DNA of 32,000 nucleotides from Buchnera aphidicola str. APS (Acyrthosiphon pisum) (GCF_000009605.1 NC_002528.1:270001-302000), one strand, 5' to 3'. Shown: positions 1-10,869, numbered from the stretch's first letter. A program made the numbers and translations. The notes: generated by a model from the sequence alone, not told the origin.

Positions 1-1764
1 GTAATTGAATCGTTTGGTCATTTTTTAGTAGGTGGTAATTTTGCTATTGGAATAGTGGTATTTATAATCTTAGTTATTATTAATTTTATTGTTATTACAA
101 AAGGTGCTAGCAGAATCGCGGAAGTTGGTGCTCGATTTATATTAGATGCTATGCCAGGGAAACAAATGGCAATAGATGCAGATTTAAATGCAGGTTTGAT
201 TGGGGAAGAAAAAGCTAAAAAACGTCGTATAAAAATTACACAAGAAGCTGATTTTTACGGTTCTATGGATGGTGCTAGTAAGTTTGTACGTGGAGATGCA
301 ATTGCTGGCATTTTAATAATGGTCATTAATATTTTTGGAGGTTTAATTATTGGCTTAATACAACATCATATGTTCTTAAACAAGGCAGTAGAAGTCTATA
401 CTTTATTAACTATCGGAGATGGTTTAGTTGCTCAAATTCCAGCTTTAGTTATTTCTACTGCAGCAGGTGTGATTGTAACACGTGTAAGTAGCAATCAAAA
501 CGTTGGAGAACAAATGGCAAGTCAATTATTTTATAATCCTCAAGTTATTTTATTAAGTGCGATAGTATTAGGAGTTCTTGGTTTAGTTCCAGGAATGCCA
601 AATATTATCTTTTTAGTATTTACAGTTTTATTATTTATTCTTTCTTGGTGGTTGTATGAAAAAAAATATGATCTAGAAAATGATTTTATAAAATCTAATA
701 AAAAATATAAATTTATACATGATGCCATCTCAGAAGCATCTTGGAATGATGTTGAATTAGAAGATCCAATTCGAATAGAAATAGGTTACAAGTTAACACC
801 AATGACTGATATTAATAAAAAAGGTGACTTATTAGATAGAATTCGTATAGTTCGTAAAAAAGTTGCTCAAGAAATTGGTTTTTTACCTCCATTAGTACGT
901 ATTAAAAACAATATGCATTTATCTGGAAATTCTTATCGTATTTTTATTAAAGGTGTTGAAGTAGGTCAAGGAAAGTGTTTTTATGGACGTTTTATGGCGA
1001 TTCATTCAGGCCGTGAAACAGAATCTTTGCCTTTTGAAAAAGTATATGAACCTACTTTTGGTTTATCTGGCTATTGGATTGATGAAGAATTTAAAAATAA
1101 AGCTCAAAAAAAGGGTTATTCTGTTATAGAATCTAGCGTTGTACTTTCAACACATTTAAATTTTTTAATTACTAATCATATTGATGATTTATTTGGTCGT
1201 CAAGAAGCTCAACAATTGTTAGAACGCGTTACGATAGACCATCCAAAATTAACTGAAGATTTAATTCCAAATACAATTAATTTAACCATTTTTCATAAAA
1301 TTCTTAGAAATTTATTATTAGAACATGTTCCAATACGTGATATGAGAACTATTTTAGAAACATTATCTGAACATGCGGATACTCAAAAAGATCCTAATGA
1401 ATTAACTAGTATCGTGCGTATTGCATTAAGAAAAATTATTATACAAAAATTATTTAATCAAAACAATATTATCGAAATAATAGGACTAGAACCTAATTTA
1501 GAACGATTATTACTAAATAGTTTAAAATCTGGAACTGATACTATAGAACCTAATTTATCTGAAAATTTGTTAATACAAACAAAAGAAGCGATCAAAAAAC
1601 AATTGTTAATAGGTTCTCCTCTAGTGTTATTAGTCCGTCATTCTTTACGATATTTTTTATCAAAATTTTTACGTCAAAATTTTCCAGAACTAACTGTTTT
1701 GTCTCAATTTGAGATTATAGATGTAAAAGAAATAAAAATGACTAATATTATTGGTACTTCATGA
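1..1764 (+). CDS. flhA: Flagellar biosynthesis protein FlhA, C-terminal part (5' end outside window)
   Basis: Frame +1 is open from base 1 (VIESFGHFLVGGNFAIGIVV...) into the track ORF at 55; contains 'TKGASRIAEVGARFILDAMPGKQMAIDADLNAGLI', typical of FlhA; stop TGA 1762-1764. Confidence 0.97.
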   Translation, partial: VIESFGHFLVGGNFAIGIVVFIILVIINFIVITKGASRIAEVGARFILDAMPGKQMAIDADLNAGLIGEEKAKKRRIKITQEADFYGSMDGASKFVRGDAIAGILIMVINIFGGLIIGLIQHHMFLNKAVEVYTLLTIGDGLVAQIPALVISTAAGVIVTRVSSNQNVGEQMASQLFYNPQVILLSAIVLGVLGLVPGMPNIIFLVFTVLLFILSWWLYEKKYDLENDFIKSNKKYKFIHDAISEASWNDVELEDPIRIEIGYKLTPMTDINKKGDLLDRIRIVRKKVAQEIGFLPPLVRIKNNMHLSGNSYRIFIKGVEVGQGKCFYGRFMAIHSGRETESLPFEKVYEPTFGLSGYWIDEEFKNKAQKKGYSVIESSVVLSTHLNFLITNHIDDLFGRQEAQQLLERVTIDHPKLTEDLIPNTINLTIFHKILRNLLLEHVPIRDMRTILETLSEHADTQKDPNELTSIVRIALRKIIIQKLFNQNNIIEIIGLEPNLERLLLNSLKSGTDTIEPNLSENLLIQTKEAIKKQLLIGSPLVLLVRHSLRYFLSKFLRQNFPELTVLSQFEIIDVKEIKMTNIIGTS

Positions 1765-1799
1765 TAGATAAAATTAGTTTTTTGTATACAGATTGGTGC

Positions 1800-1842
1800 G
1801 GTGATAAGTAGTACCATGTTAGTGCTACATTATTTCCTCACC
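1800..1842. other. Candidate nested hairpin in the convergent flhA/argS intergenic region
   Basis: GGTGA (1800-1804) pairs with TCACC (1838-1842); inside it GTAGTAC (1808-1814) pairs with GTGCTAC (1822-1828) with one G-U pair and a 7-nt loop. Local GC in 1791-1860 is 29/70, clearly above surroundings. Confidence 0.35.
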
Positions 1843-1887
1843 TTGCTGGTTTTTTAGGACAAATAGATGTCATATAAATTAATATTT

Positions 1888-3612
1888 TTACATTTTTTTT
1901 ACTACTCTAATACCAAGCATATTAAGTCCTTTTTTTAATGTTTTAGCTGTTAAAATAGATAATTTAAGTCTACTTTTACAAGTTTTTATTTTTTTGGGAA
2001 AAAGTATAGAACAATTCTCATAAAAATGAGAAAAACTAGTTGCAAGATGATAAAGATACTTACATAAAATATGAGGGGTTCCTTTTTGAGAAATTAATAA
2101 AATGATTTCTTCAAATTCTAATATTTTAATTGCTAGATTAATTTCGCTTTCTTTTGTTAAAAAAATCTTTTCTTTTAGTTTCTTTATAGGCATATTAGAT
2201 TTTTTTAAAATAGAAACAATTCTTGTATAAGCATACTGTATATAGGGCGCTGTATTACCCTCAAAGCTTAACATTTCGTTCCAATCAAATATATAATTAG
2301 TATTTCTATTTTTAGATAAATCTGCGTATTTGACTGCGCCGACACCGATGATATTAGATAATTGATTTAGTTTTTTTTTAGATAAGTTAGGTTGTTTATT
2401 TTTAATTAAACGCATCGCCCTTTCTGTAGCTTCATCAAGAAGTGCAGAAAGTTTTATAGTATCACCATCACGAGTTTTAAATGGACGTTTATCTTTTGAT
2501 AGCATCATTCCAAAGATATGATGTTCTAATAATAAATTTTGAGATATATAAAGAGCTTTTTTGGCTATAGTCCACGCTTGTAGTAAATGCTGGTGCTGTC
2601 GAGAATCAGTGTAATATATAATACGATCGGCATGTAATACTTGATATCTATATTTTAAACAAGCGATATCAGTAGTAGAATATAAAAACCCTTTGTCTTT
2701 TTTCTGAATAACAACACCCATGGGTTCTCCTAATCTATTCTTGAATTCTTTTAAAAAAACAATTGTAGAACCGTTTTTTTCTATTGCTATTTTTTTATTC
2801 TTAAGATCTTCAATAATATTAGGAAGCATTTTATTGTATATACTCTCTCCCATTGTATGTTTTTTTTTTAAAGTAACATGTAGCCTTTTATATATTTTAC
2901 AATTTTCTAACATTGTGATGGATACTAATTTTTTCCAAATAGAATAACAATATTGATCACCATTTTGTAATTTTACTACGTATTCTCTAGATTTTTCTGC
3001 AAATAATTGATCAATATCATATTTTTTTTTCGCCTTGCAGTAGTATTCCTCTAATTTCATAAGGGATAAAGGACTATTTACGAGTTTTTTAACTTCTAAA
3101 TATGCAATCAACATACCAAATTGAGTACCCCAGTCACCAATATGATTTGCTCTAATTACATTATGACCTAAAAAATCTAATATTCTAGCCATAACATCGC
3201 CAATTATTGTTGAACGTAAATGTCCAATATGCATTTCTTTTGCAATATTTGGCGAAGAATAATCTATTACAATATTTTGTGCATTTACGTGATTTATGCC
3301 AAGACGAGGTGAAAGAAAAATTTTTTCTAATTGTTCAGATATCCAATATGGATTAATAAGAAAATTAATAAAACCTGGTTGAGAGAATGTTATTTCTTTA
3401 TACATGTATTTTTTTTTAATATTGAGAATTATTCTATTAGCTAATTCAAATGGTTTTAAGTTTGATATATTAGCTATTTTTATTAGATTGTTAAGTTGGT
3501 AATGCCCTATTTTTGTTTTTTTATTTAATGTAATAACGGGATCGCAGTTTATGATAGCAATTTTAATTAAAGCATCTTGGATATCTTCTTTGATTGTATT
3601 TTTCAAGTTCAT
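1888..3612 (-). CDS. argS: Arginyl-tRNA synthetase
   Basis: 574-aa ORF with class I signature 'SSPNIAKEMHIGHLRSTIIGDVMARILDFLGHNVIRANHIGDWGTQFGMLIAYLE' and C-terminus 'TAKTLKKGLNMLGIRVVKKM'. Confidence 0.97.
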   Translation of the reverse strand: MNLKNTIKEDIQDALIKIAIINCDPVITLNKKTKIGHYQLNNLIKIANISNLKPFELANRIILNIKKKYMYKEITFSQPGFINFLINPYWISEQLEKIFLSPRLGINHVNAQNIVIDYSSPNIAKEMHIGHLRSTIIGDVMARILDFLGHNVIRANHIGDWGTQFGMLIAYLEVKKLVNSPLSLMKLEEYYCKAKKKYDIDQLFAEKSREYVVKLQNGDQYCYSIWKKLVSITMLENCKIYKRLHVTLKKKHTMGESIYNKMLPNIIEDLKNKKIAIEKNGSTIVFLKEFKNRLGEPMGVVIQKKDKGFLYSTTDIACLKYRYQVLHADRIIYYTDSRQHQHLLQAWTIAKKALYISQNLLLEHHIFGMMLSKDKRPFKTRDGDTIKLSALLDEATERAMRLIKNKQPNLSKKKLNQLSNIIGVGAVKYADLSKNRNTNYIFDWNEMLSFEGNTAPYIQYAYTRIVSILKKSNMPIKKLKEKIFLTKESEINLAIKILEFEEIILLISQKGTPHILCKYLYHLATSFSHFYENCSILFPKKIKTCKSRLKLSILTAKTLKKGLNMLGIRVVKKM

Positions 3613-3864
3613 AATAAAACCTTGTTTTGTATGATATTAAATGAAACATATTAACCTTATTCTCTAAAAAATAATAAAATATATGTTTAAATAATTACTT
3701 ATTTAATTGAGCTATAATTTAAATTAATTTATCATATATGTTCTATTTTATTAATTTTTAATTATTTATTAATTATTATTTTAGAAAATTTTTCTTGTAT
3801 TAAATATAAAAACAATCTTCTTCTACAAATAAATGTAAAAATTAAAAATTTTTTCATAAAAAGG

Positions 3865-3893
3865 TTGACAGTAGAATAAAAAAAATGTAATCT
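3865..3893 (+). promoter_or_regulatory. Putative sigma70 promoter of the 16S rRNA gene
   Basis: TTGACA (3865-3870), 17-nt spacer, TAATCT (3888-3893), about 150 bp upstream of mature 16S and preceded by A/T-rich DNA. Confidence 0.8.
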
Positions 3894-3920
3894 CTTAATC
3901 TAAAGTTTTAAATATAAAAA

Positions 3921-3958
3921 CGCTCTTTAAAAATATATTAGATAATCTGTGTGGGCAC
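3921..3958 (+). promoter_or_regulatory. rrn leader: boxA-like antitermination element and 5' arm of 16S processing stem
   Basis: CGCTCTTTAA (3921-3930) resembles E. coli rrn boxA; ATTAGATAATCTGTGTGGGCAC (3937-3958) is complementary (21/22) to the segment after 16S at 5606-5627. Confidence 0.8.
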
Positions 3959-4037
3959 AGACAATTAAGTACAAAAAATTTATTTTTTTATTTAAAATAT
4001 CTTAAAGATTTTTTCTTTAAGATTAAAAAAGTTTTTC

Positions 4038-5584
<1,547 letters not shown>

Positions 5585-5605
5585 AAAATATATACTTTTT
5601 TGAAA

Positions 5606-5627
5606 GTGCCCACACAAATTATCTAAT
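5606..5627 (+). other. 3' arm of 16S rRNA processing stem (RNase III-type)
   Basis: GTGCCCACACAAATTATCTAAT is the reverse complement of 3937-3958 except one C/A mismatch (3947/5617). Confidence 0.8.
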
Positions 5628-5639
5628 AAAAAAATTAGA

Positions 5640-5716
<77 letters not shown>

Positions 5717-5730
5717 ATAAAAAATCATCT

Positions 5731-5803
5731 GGGGCTATAGCTCAGCTGGGAGAGCGCCTGCCTTGCACGCAGGAGGTCAGCGGTTCAATCCCGCTTAGCT
5801 CCA
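5731..5803 (+). tRNA. tRNA-Ala (anticodon TGC)
   Basis: GGGGCTATAGCTCAGCTGGGAGAGCGCCTGCCTTGCACGCAGGAGGTCAGCGGTTCAATCCCGCTTAGCTCCA; G3-U70 identity pair kept; CCA not encoded. Confidence 0.97.
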
Positions 5804-6550
5804 AAAATCTTTTTTTAATCTTAATCTTTTAAAAACTTCAAAATCAGTGCACGTACTTTTTAATCCAATTGATTTCTTAACATAATTATCATTTGTTCTT
5901 AAAAATAAATTAATTTTTTTTTCGAAAAAAATATAAGAAGGCAAGCTAGACTGACCTAGTTTCAATTTTATTTCAATTTTTTTTAAATATAATTTAATAA
6001 AATTATCATTAGGCAAAATAAACATAGAAAACTGTAAATTAGATAATGTGTATTCATGAGAACAGCACAAAAGAGTGCTATCTGGAAGAGACGAAATAAT
6101 TTTTATAGAACGATACATTTCTAAATGTTTATTTTTAAAAACACGTCCGCAACCTGCCGAAAATAAAGTATCTCCGCAAAAAATATATGGTTGACTATAA
6201 TAAGAAACGTGACCTGATGTATGACCTGGAGTAAAAAAAACATAAAATATCTTATCTAATAAGATAATCCTATCTCCATGAGATACAATTTTATTGACAC
6301 CGTGCTGTCTTGTTTCTTTTGGTCCAAAAACGCTTATTTTTGGAAAATATTCAATAATTTTTCTTGTTCCTCCCGTATGGTCAATATGATTATGAGTTAA
6401 TAAAATAGCTCTTAGGCGCCATTTTTTTCTCTCTATTTCTTGTATAATAGGCTCAGATAATCCAGGATCTATAATTATGCAGGAACCGCTGGTATTTAAA
6501 AGAACCCAAACATAGTTATCTGATAAAATCGATATTTTTTTTAATATCAT
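5795..6550 (-). CDS. gloB: Hydroxyacylglutathione hydrolase (glyoxalase II)
   Basis: 251-aa ORF with metallo-beta-lactamase-fold motif 'LLTHNHIDHTGG', 'FTPGHTSGHVSYY', 'FCGDTLFSAGCGR'; next to rnhA/dnaQ as in E. coli. Confidence 0.95.
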   Translation of the reverse strand: MILKKISILSDNYVWVLLNTSGSCIIIDPGLSEPIIQEIERKKWRLRAILLTHNHIDHTGGTRKIIEYFPKISVFGPKETRQHGVNKIVSHGDRIILLDKIFYVFFTPGHTSGHVSYYSQPYIFCGDTLFSAGCGRVFKNKHLEMYRSIKIISSLPDSTLLCCSHEYTLSNLQFSMFILPNDNFIKLYLKKIEIKLKLGQSSLPSYIFFEKKINLFLRTNDNYVKKSIGLKSTCTDFEVFKRLRLKKDFWS

Positions 6551-6590
6551 AATTTTTTTATATTTTATTTTTATTCGAAAAAATTAAAAA

Positions 6591-7060
6591 TTATAATTTA
6601 CTATTTTCATAGTAAGTATCTTTTATTGAAGGATTTTTAGCAGACTGCCGTGCTATCATATCGCATCTTTCATTTTCTAAGTGCCCGATATGAGCTTTAA
6701 CCCAAAACCAAGTGACTAAATGTTTTTTAAGAGCAGTATTAATACGTAACCATAAGTCTATATTTTTTACAGATTTTTTTTTGGCAGTTTTCCATTTTTT
6801 TTTTTCCATATAGGCATCCAATCAATAATTCCTTTTTTTACATATAAACTATCTGTTGTAATTTCAACATGACATGATTGATTAAGAAACTCTAATCCTG
6901 ATATTACGGCCATTAATTCCATGCGATTATTAGTAGTTAAATGAAATCCTGAAGTTAATATTTTTTCATGCTTTTTGTAGCGTAAAATTGTGCCATATCC
7001 TCCTGCACCAGGATTACCTAAACAGGACCCATCTGTAAACATTTTAACTATTTTTAACAT
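6591..7060 (-). pseudogene. rnhA: Ribonuclease HI, interrupted by a frameshift at an A11 tract (possibly rescued by slippage)
   Basis: N-terminal ORF 6767-7060 ([23 protein letters not shown]...[12 protein letters not shown]...[12 protein letters not shown]) and C-terminal ORF 6591-6821 (...[22 protein letters not shown]...[15 protein letters not shown]) together rebuild full RNase HI; they join at the homopolymer 6795-6805. Confidence 0.93.
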
Positions 7061-7112
7061 AATAATAGTAATTCCAAATAATTTTAATTATATTTACGTC
7101 ATTGAAAATATT

Positions 7113-7826
7113 ATGAATAGAAAAAGAACAATTATATTAGATACAGAAACAACAGGTATAAATCAAACAAGTCTTCCTCATATAAACCATAGAATTATAG
7201 AAATAGGAGCTGTTGAAATCATTGATCGTTGTTTCACAGGAAATAATTTTCATGTATATATTCAACCCGGCAGATCAATAGAGTCTGGAGCATTAAAAGT
7301 TCATGGTATTACTAATAAATTTTTATTAGATAAACCTATTTTTAAAGATATTGCTGATTCATTTTTAAATTATATTAAAAATTCTATATTAGTTATTCAT
7401 AATGCTTCGTTCGATGTAGGATTTATAAATCAAGAACTAGAAATATTAAATAAGAAAATCAAAATTAATACATTTTGTTCTATTATTGATACATTAAAAA
7501 TTGCCCGGGAATTATTTCCTGGAAAAAAAAATACATTAGATGCTTTATGTACACGTTATAAGATAAATAAATCTCATAGAAATCTACATAGTGCGATAGT
7601 AGACTCTTATCTTTTAGGTAAATTGTATCTTTTAATGACTGGCGGTCAAGATTCTTTGTTTTCTGATAATACAATTAATTATAAAGAAAATTTTAAAAAA
7701 TTGAAAAAAAATATTCAATTAAAAAATAATACTTTAAGGATATTACATCCTACACTAAAAGAAAATGATTTACATGAAAAATATCTACAATACATGAAAG
7801 ATAAAAGTACATGTTTATGGAATTAA
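7113..7826 (+). CDS. dnaQ: DNA polymerase III epsilon subunit (3'-5' exonuclease)
   Basis: Start refined from track start 6990 to ATG 7113 (MNRKRTIILDTETTGIN); ExoI motif DTETTG, 'NASFDVGFINQEL', 'KNTLDALCTRY...HSAIVDSYLLGKLY'; divergent from rnhA as in E. coli. Confidence 0.95.
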   Translation: MNRKRTIILDTETTGINQTSLPHINHRIIEIGAVEIIDRCFTGNNFHVYIQPGRSIESGALKVHGITNKFLLDKPIFKDIADSFLNYIKNSILVIHNASFDVGFINQELEILNKKIKINTFCSIIDTLKIARELFPGKKNTLDALCTRYKINKSHRNLHSAIVDSYLLGKLYLLMTGGQDSLFSDNTINYKENFKKLKKNIQLKNNTLRILHPTLKENDLHEKYLQYMKDKSTCLWN

Positions 7827-7897
7827 TTATAAAATAAATATAAAAAAGATCATTGACTGATTTTTTTAAAATATGTACAATATAAAGATACAAACAA

Positions 7898-7971
7898 GGT
7901 GTGGTAGTTCAGTTGGTTAGAATACCGGCCTGTCACGCCGGGGGTCGCGGGTTCGAGTCCCGTCCGCACCG
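7898..7971 (+). tRNA. tRNA-Asp (anticodon GTC)
   Basis: GGTGTGGTAGTTCAGTTGGTTAGAATACCGGCCTGTCACGCCGGGGGTCGCGGGTTCGAGTCCCGTCCGCACCG; follows dnaQ as in E. coli; CCA not encoded. Confidence 0.97.
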
Positions 7972-8051
7972 AAAAAAATATTATATAAATATGTTATTTT
8001 AATACTAAATATTTACTTATTTTCCATTAAAAAGTTGAAAAATTTAAAATT

Positions 8052-8633
8052 ATGTATAAAAAAATAATTTTTTCTGAATTTAACTCTGCGTCAAAAATAT
8101 TAAAAAATTTTTTAGAAGATAAAAAACAAATAGAAAATATTCAAAAAGCAGCTATTCTAATTGCTCAATCATTTAAAAACGAAAAAAAAGTAATTTCTTG
8201 TGGAAACGGAGGTTCACATTGTGATGCAGTACATTTTTCAGAAGAATTAACTAGTGTATATAGAAAAAAAAGATCCGGATATCCCGCAATCTCCATTTCA
8301 GATAGTAGTTATATTTCTGCAGTAGGGAATGATTTTGGATACGATCAAATATTTTCACGATTTATTCAAAGTGTTGGTCATTTAGGAGATATATTATTAG
8401 CTATTTCTACTTCCGGAAATTCTTTAAATATAGTAAGAGCAATAGAAGAAGCAAAGAAAAAGAAAATGAAAGTAATCGTTTTAACAGGAAACAATGCAGG
8501 TAAAATTAAAAACTTATCTGATATAGAAATTTGTATTCCTCATTGCGGGTATTCAGATCGGATACAAGAAATGCATATTAAAATTATTCATATATTAATA
8601 TTAATTATCGAAAAAGAAATGCAAAAAAATTAA
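8052..8633 (+). CDS. gmhA: Sedoheptulose-7-phosphate isomerase
   Basis: 193-aa ORF; '[28 protein letters not shown]', '[32 protein letters not shown]' SIS-domain motifs. Confidence 0.95.
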   Translation: MYKKIIFSEFNSASKILKNFLEDKKQIENIQKAAILIAQSFKNEKKVISCGNGGSHCDAVHFSEELTSVYRKKRSGYPAISISDSSYISAVGNDFGYDQIFSRFIQSVGHLGDILLAISTSGNSLNIVRAIEEAKKKKMKVIVLTGNNAGKIKNLSDIEICIPHCGYSDRIQEMHIKIIHILILIIEKEMQKN

Positions 8634-8739
8634 CGAATTATTCAATAATTAATCGTTACTACATTAAAATCCTATAATAATTTTCAAGTAATTTCCGCTT
8701 TTTAATAAATACTATTTTATAGTTTCGGAATTTCTTTTC

Positions 8740-9216
8740 ATGAGTGAGAAATACATTGTCACCTGGGATATGCTTCAAATTCATACTAGAAAACTAGCTA
8801 ACCGATTAGTTAAAAAAATTCATTCTTGGAATGGAATCATTGCTGTAAGTAGAGGAGGTCTTGTTCCATCAGCTTTGTTAGCAAGAGAGTTAGGTCTAAG
8901 ATGCGTCGATACTGTGTGCATTGAAAGTTATAATTATGATTGTTTAAAAGAAAATAGAAAAATCATTAAAAAAGCAGAAGGTAATGGAGAAAAAATTATT
9001 GTAATAGACGATCTAGTAGATACTGGTGGCACTGCAAAAATTATTAGAAAATTATATCCAAAAGCATGCTTTGTAACTATTTTTGCAAAACCAATGGGTC
9101 GTTCATTAGTAGATAATTATATTATAGATATTCCTCAAAACGTATGGATCGAACAACCATGGGATATGTCCATTTCTTATATTCCCCCTCTTATTCAAAA
9201 TTATAAAATCAAATAA
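8740..9216 (+). CDS. gpt: Xanthine(-guanine) phosphoribosyltransferase
   Basis: 158-aa ORF; '[22 protein letters not shown]' and PRPP motif '[15 protein letters not shown]'. Confidence 0.95.
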   Translation: MSEKYIVTWDMLQIHTRKLANRLVKKIHSWNGIIAVSRGGLVPSALLARELGLRCVDTVCIESYNYDCLKENRKIIKKAEGNGEKIIVIDDLVDTGGTAKIIRKLYPKACFVTIFAKPMGRSLVDNYIIDIPQNVWIEQPWDMSISYIPPLIQNYKIK

Positions 9217-9316
9217 AAAAATAATATTATTTCTCTTAAGAAATCTTTAATATAATGATTGTTAATGAAAATAAAATTTTCCAAAATAAATACATACTGC
9301 AAAAAAGGATGTTTTT

Positions 9317-9901
9317 ATGATACATAACGAAGAAGAACAATTAGAAAAAAAAATTGAAAAAAATCAAGATCCAAAAATAAATCATAAAAAATATGACAGT
9401 GATAATTTAATAAAAAAAAATTTAATTCAATTTTTAGAAATACAACTAAAAGAATCTGAAGAAAAAATAATAGAAAAAGAAGAAATAGTTGAAAAAGAAA
9501 TAGTATTAATACATAATAGATTTAATAAAGAGATTGAAAAATCTATAAAATTTTCTTTAGAAAAAATAATTATAGACTTCCTTCCTATTATTGATAATAT
9601 TGAACGTGCATTAAACTTAATAGAAACAATTAATTTAAAACAAGAAAAGTACACAGAAATTTTAAAAAAATTGCAATTTATTTGTAATCTGTTAGAAAAA
9701 TTTTTTTATTTATTTAATATTAAAAAAATTAATGATACAAATGTATTGTTTAATCCGTCTATTCATCAAGCAATGTCTATTCATTATACTAATGACATAA
9801 TATCTAATCAAATAGTCACAGTTATGCAGTCAGGTTATATTTTACATAAATCTCGTTTGTTACGTCCTGCTATGGTTGTAGTGTCTAAAGAAAAAATATA
9901 A
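9317..9901 (+). CDS. grpE: GrpE, nucleotide exchange factor for DnaK
   Basis: 194-aa ORF; coiled-coil N-terminus, 'DFLPIIDNIERALNL', C-terminal 'VMQSGYILHKSRLLRPAMVVVSK'. Confidence 0.93.
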   Translation: MIHNEEEQLEKKIEKNQDPKINHKKYDSDNLIKKNLIQFLEIQLKESEEKIIEKEEIVEKEIVLIHNRFNKEIEKSIKFSLEKIIIDFLPIIDNIERALNLIETINLKQEKYTEILKKLQFICNLLEKFFYLFNIKKINDTNVLFNPSIHQAMSIHYTNDIISNQIVTVMQSGYILHKSRLLRPAMVVVSKEKI

Positions 9902-9979
9902 AAATAATATGTTTTTTAGGTTTAATAATATTGTAAAGTATTTTAATTGTTATTAAATCTAAAAATTTTATTAAAAATA

Positions 9980-10279
9980 TTAATATATTTTTTTTAATTT
10001 TTTTGATAAAAAAACATTATTTCTTCTCCATTCTTTTGGATCTATAGTTAAATTTCTATAAATTTCAATTCTATCTCCATCTTTGATTTTGAATTTTAAA
10101 TGTACGGTCTTATTGTATATTCCTATTCTGTTGTGATGAAATGAAACGTCATTTGTTAAATTTAACAAATTTGATTTTAAAATAGCATCTTTTACAGTAG
10201 ATCCTAATGCAATATCAACCTGACAAATATATTGAATTTTTGGTAAAGCATAGACAACGGTTACTTTTATGATCTTCAT
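9980..10279 (-). CDS. rnfH: RnfH/RatB family (UPF0125, ubiquitin-like) protein
   Basis: 99-aa ORF; '[28 protein letters not shown]...[20 protein letters not shown]'; divergent from smpB, near it as in E. coli. Confidence 0.85.
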   Translation of the reverse strand: MKIIKVTVVYALPKIQYICQVDIALGSTVKDAILKSNLLNLTNDVSFHHNRIGIYNKTVHLKFKIKDGDRIEIYRNLTIDPKEWRRNNVFLSKKLKKIY

Positions 10280-10372
10280 ATTTTTATAAATTTTTTTATT
10301 TTTTATTTTTTAATTTTATATAAAAAGATTGTTTTTATTTTAACTTATTTTACTTTTGGAATAAATTAAATT

Positions 10373-10861
10373 ATGTTGCAAAAAAAAAAATATCAAAAAA
10401 AATCATCTAAAATTATAATTAATAAAAAAGCATATTATAATTATTTCATAGAAAAAGTATTTCAATCCGGTTTAGTTTTAGAAGGCTGGGAAATCAAATC
10501 TATTAGATCAGGTAAAGTAAATATTTCGGAAAGTTATATAATAAATGATCGTAATGAGATGTATCTTTGTAATTGCTTAATTGAACCTTTGCAAATGTCT
10601 TCAAATCGTTTTTCTTGTGATCCGACAAGAAAGAAAAAATTATTATTGCATAAAAATGAAATTGATTTTTTATCTCTTAAAAAAAAAAATACAGGATACA
10701 CAATGGTATCATTATCTCTATTTTGGAAAAAATCTTGGTGTAAGTTAGAATTTGGATTAGCTAAAGGAAAAACTGCACAAGATAAAAGAATAAATTTAAA
10801 AAAAAGAGAATGGGAACAAGAAAAATTAAAAATACTTAAAAAAACTAAAGAAACATACTAA
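10373..10861 (+). CDS. smpB: SsrA-binding protein
   Basis: 162-aa ORF; '[39 protein letters not shown]', '[16 protein letters not shown]', '[16 protein letters not shown]'. Confidence 0.96.
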
Positions 10862-10869
10862 AATATTTT

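Noticed and set aside
540-728. Small antisense ORFs inside genes (540..728, 2720..2947, 7483..7674, 9427..9654, 12252..12464, 13804..14001, 20164..20367, 20177..20371, 26317..26550)
   Set aside because: All are embedded antisense in or overlapping well-supported genes and show low-complexity, AT-driven composition.
6990-7112. Track extension of dnaQ upstream to 6990
   Set aside because: This part overlaps the 5' end of rnhA on the other strand and has no DnaQ homology; ATG 7113 starts the conserved N-terminus.
9229-9244. Hairpin ATTTCT-CTTA-AGAAAT after gpt as a terminator
   Set aside because: Short, fully A/T-dominated stem with no convincing U tract; expected by chance at this base composition.
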